A DNA stretch of 64,000 nt from Tubiluchus corallicola. Its lineage: Eukaryota; Animalia; Priapulida. Position 1 is the first letter of the stretch, and each line of letters opens with the position of its first letter. Both the position numbers and the translations under genes were made by a program. The notes under the pieces were generated by a model. The model ran no database searches. It was not told the DNA's origin and worked only from the letters and a program-made list of their open reading frames with translations. Shown here in pieces: positions 38,501-64,000 of the stretch. The stretch lies in contig JAQGDQ010000104.1 of the NCBI GenBank assembly GCA_030141605.1, forward strand, positions 555,610 to 619,609, in the 5' to 3' direction.

Positions 38501-41247
38501 ATACTAAGAAAACATTGTTTTAGTTTTTGTTTTTATTCTGTTATGCCAGCAGAGATGTTGTTCAAGCTTTCACAAATCTACATAACAAAAAAACATTTTA
38601 TTTCAGTTATTACTCAGTCGCTGTCAGAGAATCAGGCGTCACAGCAAGCAAGAAAGCCACCAAACCGCTCAGCTAGCCGGACCAGTCAGTCGTCCGGTCT
38701 TTCAGGTCTTGGACTTCCATCAGCATCTTCCCCTAAACCTAGTCACAGTCCCGGGGCCTCTTCCGCCTCATCTGATGCCTTCAACTCCCCGCCTGTCCTG
38801 CGACGTCAAAGAAACAGGCATTCCCCTGGAGCACTTCGCAGACACGGTCCTCCCGTTGTCGATGACGTAAAGTCGCGACCGCCCAGCACTCCTCCCCCTC
38901 CTCCTCCAAATAGTCATTATAGTCCAAAGCACGTGAGGCCGCAATTCAGTGTGGAGGGCAGAGGGTTGATTGAGAGAGTTGATCCGTGTATTCCACTAGA
39001 TAGGCAACCGTAAGTTTGTAATTATTTCATTTGTATTATTCTGTTTTTTCAGCTCATTAGCTTTATAACACACATTTGTTTGTTAATTTCTTTGCACGAT
39101 CGTTCATTCATTCATTCATTCGCTTTATTTCGTTTATTTCTTCTTTCATGCTTCTCTTGTAATACTTTTCTTGTAATCCACACAATTCGGGGCGGAATCT
39201 TGCACATAGATGCAGGACCGATTCAATGAGATACATTGTGACAAGACTGGAACTTAGCTCATAAGTGTTTCTTTAAGATGAGCCACTGAACTGTATCAGT
39301 CATGTTTAGATGTATATAAGTGCTCATGTATATTATTTACTAATTTTTCACTAATTTGTTTACTTAAATGTTAGAAGATAGTTTTAGATTTGCTGATTGA
39401 AGGTGAAAGAAGCTTTTAAGGTGAAGGAAAAGAAAATTTTAAAGTAAATCCCGAAGAACTTTCTATACAAAGTTATATTAGTTAGAATTATGATTACCTG
39501 TTTGAAGAACTTATGTAACTGAGAAACAAAATTCTTAATAATTTAAAATGTTTGCACCACCCCGGTAAAACGTCACTGCATCGCCACATTCCAGGGTGCA
39601 CCACTTCAACAAGAAACACATTATTGACCTTATTCATAACACAAAGTGAGAAAGCTTTTCCTTTGTTAGCGAAGAGTCAGTATGAATGCTCTTATTATTT
39701 TTTCAAGTTTTATGCTGTGTTGTCTAAACTTGTTTCAAACAAGTTCTGAATTTTTGGAAGACCAGTAGTGCCATTTTTGTAAATTGCGTAAATTCGTTGA
39801 GAATATTTTTACGGACCCAGTACATTATTTCAAAAGCTGACCGCTAGTTGACAGGCCGTCACTTTGTTTACATCACGTACTTCAGTGTAACCACGTGTAT
39901 ATCTCTATGTATAAAAATATAGAATCAATTGTGCGGAGTTATTAGAGTCAATTGCAGACAGTTTTTATATACTTTTGCATAGGAGCAGCCAGTACTTAGG
40001 CGTTTTTGAGACAATTAGGTATCATGTATCCTTGATAGCTGGGTATTTTAAATTATGCATAAAACAAGGTAACTGATATTTTAAGTCCACTTAGAGGCTC
40101 TCTATGGTCACAAAATTGCAATTTGTTGCTGGCTCCAAGGGGCTCCTTGAACCCCCATGGGGCCCTATGCGGCCCCCAAACCCCCAGCCTGTTTCAGAGT
40201 TTTGCAATTTGTCATTCTCATCCCTGCTAATTTTCATTGTGGGGGTTTAAATTTACCCTTTTTTATACAGCATTTGTATACAATAAGACAACATGTAAGT
40301 GGTATAAAGTTTTAAGATAATTTTTTACGTTTATGTAGGGAAATGGTTTTCTTGTTCCTTTAATATTTGCACTTTTTGTTCAGAAGAGCTTCTGATAAAG
40401 TGCAAAGTGAAATGCATAAATGTCAATAACTAAGTTCATGTGCTGTTTTATTTGCAGTGAGTGTGCCAATTGTTGAAGCTTTCTTCTAGTTTTTATTACT
40501 TAGAGTTCTATTTCTTGTACGTTTCTATTCTAGTTGGTATCACGGAGCAATTTCACGGAATCATGCCGAGGACTTGCTGCGGTTTCAGAGAGAGTGCAGC
40601 TACTTGGTTCGTAGAAGTGAGAGTAACGCAAACGATTATTCTTTGTCTTTAAAGTAAGTCGTGTATCTGACCTTGGCGAATAAACAGCATCGTTTGTCTC
40701 TCAATGAAATTAGTTTAAAAAGCTTTAAATTTCTTTTAAGCAAGACGGTATGTTTCCGAAATCGCGAAAATAAAACTGCTTCAAGTATCATTTGCAGGCA
40801 TTTTATCATCTTAAATTTCGTAAAGCTTCTGATTCCAGTGACGGTGCCTTGCTCCTTTTGCTAAGAACGTTGTTCAGTTCATCATTTTGATAGTCAGTTG
40901 ATTAGAATACATTCTGTTGTTTGCATTTTCAGCATTGCCAAAAAACTCTGAAACACATAATAAGAGATTATATCCATATTGTGGCATCAAACTCAATTTT
41001 TTTCAATCACCTTCCATTCATTTTTACATTCTTTTTTAAAACATAAATCTTGAATTTTAGGAGCATAAATGGCTTCATGCACATGAAAATCGTTTCCACG
41101 GCAACCGGCAAGTTCATCCTGGGTCAGTTCAGCAAGCCGTTCGACAACATTCCGGAAATGATCCACTTTTACACACTCCACAAGCTTCCCATCCGAGGGG
41201 CGGAGCACATGTCACTCGTACATCCAATCATAGACGAAGTTCTCTAG
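29581..41247 (+). CDS. SHB: SHB/SHD/SHE/SHF-family SH2-domain adaptor (~1019 aa)
   Basis: Exons 29581-30201, 31262-31463 (GC donor), 33515-33601, 34535-35689, 37482-37766, 38607-39009, 40534-40653 and 41061-41247. N-terminal MAK...PPPTPPKPDY, YTEPF, YDTPYD and YDxPWEW motifs, [21 protein letters not shown]...SYLVRRSES...HKLPIRGAEHMSL SH2. The symbol marks the family; the gene is likely co-orthologous to all four vertebrate paralogs. Confidence 0.92.
31566..32021. mobile_element. TA-flanked MITE (family also at 50981-51317; fragment at ~39800-40020)
   Basis: TA|CACTCATATTTCGGTTTGCCAGAC ... GTCCGGCAAACTGAGATGTGAGTG|TA TIRs. Confidence 0.8.
32462..32762. repeat. 60-bp tandem repeat, 5 copies
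   Basis: Unit TTTTACGCTCATGCCCCTGATATGAAAATATAGTTCATAGATTGCTAAAAAA(A)C(A/T)AAAAC(T), near-identical and head-to-tail. Confidence 0.97.
33968..34102 (+). mobile_element. LINE 3'-end remnant (hairpin, AATAAA, short tail)
   Basis: GGGTGGC-TGATT-TTCT-AACC-TCTAG-GGTT-TTTTC-GCCACTC followed by AAATAAA at ~34074. Confidence 0.65.
37989..38429. mobile_element. Tigger-like MITE
   Basis: TA|CAGTAAGT ... ACTTACTG|TA ends; internal TTAACGAC repeats. Confidence 0.7.
39416..40362 (+). mobile_element. TTAA-flanked (Kolobok-like) non-autonomous element with nested fragments
   Basis: Shares the core AAAGTTATATTA...ACCTG.TTG.AAGACTT.TGTAAC..GAAA with 36597-37370, 47797-48469 (inverted), 51774-52340 and 60677-61083; ends TTAA(A)GG...CTTGTTCCTTTAA. 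Confidence 0.6.
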
Positions 41248-41366
41248 TAATGTGAGGTCTGGTTTAGTCATATTTTTAATTAGAATCATCATCCGTTGAT
41301 ATAATTCTTCGCCGTGAAGTGTGGGCTGTTGCAGTTCGTAGTTTTTTGTGGTGTATATGGGTTGTA

Positions 41367-41981
41367 CAGTAAACTACGTATAACTCAACACGTTATAACT
41401 CGAATTCTTGCGTATCTTAAATGAATCTTGTAGAACAAATTTGCCCTTTCATTTTTCTCTTTGCCAAACATTGCGTAACTTGAAATCTGTAACTCGAATT
41501 ATATTGTAACTCAAACTGCCTTTCCGGTACAATTTATAAGAATCTGGCTGAAATTGCCACACCTATCTTGAACAACCTCCCATGCGAGAAATCCTACGTG
41601 AAAGTGTGCACCACATTATGATTTTTACTGCTGGTTTGAGCAAAAAGGCTAAGATTCTTGCATTACCTTAGCAGAATGCCGAACACAACATAGCTTAACA
41701 AATGTGGTTTATTATTATTATAACATTATTATTGCGGAGTACTATTAGCCGTGCTACTCAGAATACAATAGAGGTGGACCTGTTATTTCACTTTGATTAT
41801 TCATAAAAACTGTTGTTTGATATTTGATTAAGGGCTCAGTTTGTCATTTTCACAGGCTGCAGTGTATGTCCAACGTTTGAAAAGCGAATCACTTTCGCTT
41901 CCTTACAAACATTGTCGTACCCCCGCATAACTCGAACAAATTTTCTGATCCCAAGGTGTTTGACTTGTACGTTGTTTACTG
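41367..41981. mobile_element. Tigger-like MITE in the SHB-like 3' UTR
   Basis: TA|CAGTAAACTACGTATAAC ... GTACGTTGTTTACTG|TA; inverted relative at 54154-54688. Confidence 0.8.
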
Positions 41982-43282
41982 TATTTTCTTATTATTGCTT
42001 TTTATCAACCAAACATCTCTTGCCTATAATACAAACTTTTTACAAAAGCTGTTAGTTATTTTTTATCTGTCATTTTATTTTAATGAAGTCAAATTAAGTA
42101 TTTCAAGAAGTCATATCATTAAATTGAATCACTGTTGTACAAGTTTGAAATGTTTAATTTCTGCGTAGTTATTATTTGTTAGATTAAATGCGAGTTTAGA
42201 TGTGCCTTTAGCGTTTCCTGTTAACGATCAAGTGTATTGTAGGTAGATTGTAAGAGAGGTTTAGTTAAGTGATTAGTGTTCATAGACATACATACACCCT
42301 AGACAGCAAAGCATATCTTAATGCAAAAAAACTGCATTTGCCATCTTTTCTTTAAAGTTATTTTGCCACTTTTGATGTTGTAAATTCATATTATAACTTG
42401 CGGTCGTAATGTAATTGTATGTTCCCAGTACATTATTGCGATGTTGCCCTCTTTCTATGTCGCACTTTTCTGTATGCAGAATACAAATCACGGATGTGCG
42501 TGTAGTGGCATTGGACAGACTACCATCCAGTCTGTTATTACTTGTCAATAAATGTAATGGGCTTGGCCGGTTATTTTATTTAACAATGTACATTTTGCTT
42601 TGTGATATGCTGTACCGATTTGATGATGCTGGACATTACTTGATGATTTTCTTTGATTTGTACAGCGAGATTTTTTCTTTCTTTTAAGAGAGTCAGTAAT
42701 GAATAATGAGATAATGAATATGTAATTAAGTTGAGATATTGATATCATTTAATGATCAATATTTTTAGAAGACAGCCATTTTTATTCAGTCTGAAGTTGA
42801 GTTATAGTAATTATATAAGCATAGCTTCACAAGCAAGCTAACTAGGCTGATCTCAGACAAATTTTTATTACTGTGCTCCAATTTATGCTGATTCTGTCTC
42901 CTTGGTAGTTTTAACTAGAGACATTGCAATTGTTACAGCTCAGTGCTGCCATCTGCTGTGGAATTAATTAATCTAGTTGATTTTTGCTAATCTAGTCAAA
43001 TGATTTTGAAAATCATGCTGTTTTGAAATTCACGCAGTATTTTAAAATTTATTATTTATTCCTAAGAGATTCTTTTCTAATTTAAGCTACATACGCAGTA
43101 CTTTTGAGATGAATGGAATTATGCTAGTTGTAACGACATAATCTATGCTGAATCTCTTGTACTTATCTTGCTGTTAATGATTTTTTTATATTTTTACGAT
43201 GTTTGTAGAAAAAAATTGTTGAGCAGTAGTAAAAAATGTACTTTTTGTCTAATTTAATCGAACATGGTGTAGTCTTTGTAAG

Positions 43283-43633
43283 CAGGGGCAGCCAGCAGTT
43301 CAAACTATGCACTCAGAGGCTCTGAATCTAAGGTGTGTCTGTTTTCTCTCCTAGTGGGACCTGTGGTAGGGCCTTGAATGCCCACACGTATTGATGCATT
43401 CGAGGAGCTTTTAGTCACATACGAGAGCATTTTAAAACAGTTTTTTACATTACAAAACAAATGAGCATTTACAGGGTTTTATAGATGTTCAATCAAATCA
43501 TTTTTTTTGCAGAATAACGTTTGAAAAGGGTTTCAAGTTGAATAATTATTTAGGTGTTTTGGTAAAGCATGTTATAAAAATGGCTGCAAATGGGTTGCAT
43601 CCACCTCCTCGGCCTTCATCAAATCTGCTCCTG
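43283..43633. mobile_element. hAT-like MITE
   Basis: CAGGGGCAG ... CTGCTCCTG ends with near-matching 8-bp flanks TTTGTAAG / CTTGTAAA. Confidence 0.5.
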
Positions 43634-44455
43634 CTTGTAAAGGTGCTTGTGATAATAACCAACAATCTCTTGAAATTTTATTGCACTTATTGATTTTTTT
43701 CTCATATTTTGCAGTCTAGAATTCACTTGAATAATGAGATATTTTATTGTTGAATATTTGATCAAAGTAATAGTCAAGTGGAAAAATTATTTTTGCCTAT
43801 GACTGCTCTAGCCACTGTCTTGCACAAACTTGTTTCATTGATTTTCTTTTCTTGTTTTGGTGTGTTCATTTATATTATGTTGTTGTGTTAATGTTATGAT
43901 TTAGCTGTTTATTATAATGTTATACCATAATTATATGAATACCATTATAATTGTCACTGAATTATTGTATCTTAGTGTAAATTTAATTGAAAGTCAAATT
44001 TTGTTAATTTTGGTTGTTACGTGTTTTTATTACTAGCCACTGAGACGTAATTCTTACGTTGGTGAAAAATAGCTACACTAATGTGTGAACATGGACCTAA
44101 ATTAATTGTTGGATAGAATAAATAAGCTGGATATTTAAATAAATAAGGTGAAAATATTACAAAAAAAACTAATAAAAAACAAACAACAATAGATTACAAT
44201 GTTTTATAATTACAGCAGACATTTTGCATTTGTCATCAGTTCCTGAAACTTCATTTAGTGTTCTAGCCTAGAGATATTTGTTTTCACTATTCTCAAACTT
44301 AAAAAGTTTGGCCAGCTACCAATAGATGGCACAACAACAAAGTAAACACTAAACACGCTGCAGTTGAACTTAAGACAGCATAACCGCAACAGGTGTTTTT
44401 GTTTCCGTGGTTTTTCTTTAAAAACTTATTTTTTTGGGCGATTACACAATTCATA

Positions 44456-53724
<9,269 letters not shown>

Positions 53725-54153
53725 ACGTGGATGGCAGTGGACGTTCCACATCGCTAGCCGTGTGAAATATCTGTCAGATTTTAACAGCTTTCCAATGTCT
53801 TTCAATCAACAGTTGTGATTTGAAGTACAAATGATTGTTTATTTTTATATTTTAGTGTTCAGAAATATGACCATGTAGATGTAAAGATGTTTTGGCAAAC
53901 ACAAAATGTCATAAACCAATTTTTTTCCAAATTTGAGCAGAAGTAACATTTATAAAGTTTCCTCCTCAAACGAAGGACAATGTATATGCAGAAACTGCTA
54001 ATAGTGAAACTAAAGCTGCATACCAATTTTAGGTGTTAATTAATGAAAGCATAATTACATTGTTTAGGGCTCTTTGTAACCACATGTACTGACTTATCTT
54101 TACTGTTAATTATAGTGGAAGTATAATTCAACTATACAAGTAACAAGGAAATA

Positions 54154-54688
54154 CTATAAACTATGTATAACTCGAACACCTCAGGAGTGTGAAATTTGTT
54201 CCAGTTATGTGAAAGTACGAATTAGACGACATTTGTAAGAAAACAAGATCGTGCCACTCGTCAGCATCGGACAATACACTAGTAACATTACAGTGCAGCT
54301 TGTGAAAATGATAAACTGAGCCTTTAATCAAATATCAAACAGCAATTTTTATGAATAATCAAAAATAAAATGACTGGTTCACCTCTATTGTAGTCTGAGT
54401 AGCATGGTTGTTAGAATTCGGCAAAAATAATATTGTGTTCTATATTAAACCATGTTCGTTAAGCCGTGTTGTGTGCAGCGCTCTGCTAAGGTAATACAAC
54501 AAATCTTTGCATTTTTTTTGTTGGAAGGCTGTTCAAGATAGGCGACGAAGTTTCAGTCAGATTCTTAAGAAATATACCGGGAATTCGGTTTGAGTTACGT
54601 GATGCTTGTTATAAGGAAAAATGAAAAGAAAAATCCGAGATCTGTTCGAGACACAGTTATACCAGTTCAAGTTATACGTAGTTTACTG
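54154..54688. mobile_element. Tigger-like MITE downstream of the PHYHD1 stop
   Basis: Reverse-complement relative of 41367-41981; ends GTTATACGTAGTTTACTG|TA. Confidence 0.8.
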
Positions 54689-55084
54689 TATACCGAATTT
54701 GCAACCAATGATAAATTAGGAAATCAGAGTGCTATACAAATTACTTAATATTTTTTATTTGATTTTTGTAAAAGTATGATTGCTATGCAAAAATAAAATG
54801 CTTTTATAACAAAACAAGCAATAGTTCAAATTCTTTCATGTCTAACTATAATGAGTGAAAATCACTAGTGACTTATGACAAATGTTCTAACATTTCTGTT
54901 CCGTTCTGTTACAATGACAGTAAGCAAAAAACCTGTAAAAAATCAAATGCATACAACACAAAACAAGAACAGGTACGTGGATCTATAAGCTTATCAACTG
55001 GACCTGAAATTAACTACAAAGGCGACGCTTTTCGTTACATCATTGATATGGCAACAAATGATGTAATCAATTGGGTTACTAAAA

Positions 55085-61870
<6,786 letters not shown>

Positions 61871-62531
61871 CCTACTGCAAATAAAAACAACAAAAATCAA
61901 TTTCAAAATTACCATTAACATAATTATTATTAAGTAAGCTTTTCTTAGTTAATAATTAAAAATTAATCAAACTTATCAAATAAAATGCAAAATGACTGAG
62001 CATGCGCTTAGTCTACTAGGTATGAGTTACATGGCAAAATGTTTAAGAAAATGTTATCATAACAAGTAATACCTTGTCATCTTCAGTGGCACAAATTTCA
62101 AATTTGATGACTCTGTTTCTCGGTTCGTTAAAAGGACAAGCTTTTTAAGAAGTCGCGCTTATTTCAACGTTTGCGAAAAATGTTACAGAGATTTAGTAAT
62201 AAATGTGCCTCGGGTAATTAGAAAAATCATTTAAAAGTTGCGATCATTTCACACTTGGGCACTCCCAGGTACATGCAACTTTGCTTCTTTTCGTGTCATT
62301 ATTGCATAGTCAAATTAGTTTGTTAGCTATTTTGCTTTTAATTAGTTAGTTTTGCCCATAGAACTCTGCTTTACTAATTTTGTTTTCACTTCGTTTTGCA
62401 TAAATTTGCATAATTTTATTTACCATAATTGTTTGCCATTAATTTAATTTTGATCTGTTTTCCTATTCATATCTTTATTTTGTTCTAATAATATTTGCTC
62501 GCCATGCTGAAATTAGTAGACTCACTATTTA

Positions 62532-62946
62532 GGGATGGCAGACTAGATGACCTTTTGGTCTTTCGCCATCCCACCCTTTAATCTTTGTAAATCATTGTTA
62601 TGCACTATCTATGATTGTTATTTTGCAGGCAAAAATAAATTATTATTATTATTATTATTGGGCACTCCCATTTCGAACACCCATTCTTCCACCAATGATG
62701 TTAGTTGCACACTGAAGAAAAGGGGGACATTGTCAATTTTAGTCAGAAGTATAAAAGTTTTTACAAAAAATTGGATAAATTTGTGATATTTCTGCATGAA
62801 TATTAGGTGAGCCACTGTAGTAGTAAGTAGTATTTTTTTATTTTTCTCCATAAATTTACACTAATTTAACAATAAAATATTCAAAAATACAAATGAACAT
62901 GGGAGAAAGGGTGGCAAAAAACCAAAGGTTAACGAGTCAACCACCC
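62532..62946. mobile_element. Two tail-to-tail LINE 3'-end remnants
   Basis: Plus-strand hairpin 62532-62572 with AATAAA and (TTA)n at 62634-62659; minus-strand hairpin 62946-62909 with AATAAA and a (TAC)n-like tail at ~62845-62816. Confidence 0.65.
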
Positions 62947-64000
62947 TTCTCAGAAAGACAGTAAACAAAAAGACTGAAGACTGAATTAGTTTTAACAATG
63001 CGTGCTTGCAGAAAGCCCCAATGTGTTTATGAAGTCACTAAGTCTACCAGTTATGTCATAATTTTCAAGTGAGTAGTGGCCACCACCGTGCCATAAAATT
63101 CTTACAGTAGTAATGTAGATTAGTTTTATGGATTTTTCTGTAAATGTTGTTGTTTTATCTTTCAAGTGATAACAGTAAATAAACCCAACATGCTAAATGA
63201 TGAGTCCTTTCCTTTAAGTTGACAATTAAACACGTTTTTATGCCCACCAGATTATCTTATTTTCCAATAACAGAATTTCAAAAATATGATAAGAATGACC
63301 GCATACAAGAACTTATGAAAAGTATAACAGAGATGATGCTGTAAGGTAAATGAATTCATAAAAGGTGCTAGCTAACTAAGGAATGACTGGTTAACACACC
63401 GATCACAGCCAAGACCCATGAGTTGAAATTTATGCAAGCTGTTCAGGTACAACAGCTTCAGGTATGCCATTATCATTAAACAAGGCAGACCTATTGAACA
63501 TGGTGTTGCTGACATAATGGGTTCACTATCCCTTCGTAAAGGGCCACCTACTGATCAGTGGGGCCTTCTAAGGGTGTACTGATGGCCAGTAAGAGATTCT
63601 GTGAATGTAAAATCACGAGAGTCCATTAAGAATGTTCACACAAATAAGTCGGAAAAATGCTGGAAATGCAAGCCAAATGATTAGGTAAGAAAAGAGCAAA
63701 CTACTCAGATGGATTACACATAATCCAATGTATTGAAGCATAAACTAAAAAGATGTCTGTCTTTTATCTTTTGTTTCTTGTCTCTATCTTCTTTTGAAAA
63801 TGAAAAGGCGTTACGCACTTCAACTGTTTTTATTTTACTACAGTCAAACCGTTTTATAGACATTTTGTTTTGCTTAAAGTTTGGGTGCTATGCGAGTTTG
63901 ACTGTACATGATATCAGATCTGCACAAGACTGCATTGGCACTTGCCGGTGAGAAAAAAACAGCACAACATTTCAAAAGCAAATATACTAAATGTGTTGAG

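Noticed and set aside
62532-62572. Hammerhead ribozyme reading of the LINE hairpin (CGAAA on the opposite strand)
   Set aside because: No CUGAUGA core in the required position on either strand.
63300-64000. Possible exons of a further gene at the right edge
   Set aside because: No frame gave a recognisable protein with consistent splice sites.

Overview
AT-rich, intron-containing animal (invertebrate-like) genomic DNA; no prokaryotic features. Seven protein-coding genes were reconstructed by hand, with splice phases checked: POMT1 (-, 5' part, runs off the left edge), an intronless NUP62 (-), an unusual 574-aa type I membrane protein (signal peptide, Eph-like ligand-binding and Cys-rich domains, EGF, two Ig domains, TM, ~22-aa Tyr-free tail, with no FN3, kinase or SAM domain) (+), a secreted C-type lectin (+), a ~1019-aa SHB/SHF-family SH2 adaptor (+), PHYHD1 (+) and MRRF (-). 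Introns and UTRs hold a young 5'-truncated L2/CR1-group LINE with a 6-bp TSD, several LINE 3'-end remnants sharing a covarying hairpin, many TA-, TTAA- and hAT-type MITEs, a tRNA-like sequence enclosed by inverted repeats, and mini/microsatellites. The best candidate for something undescribed is the kinase-less Eph-domain/Ig receptor. All gene names come from recalled motif similarity, not from database searches.
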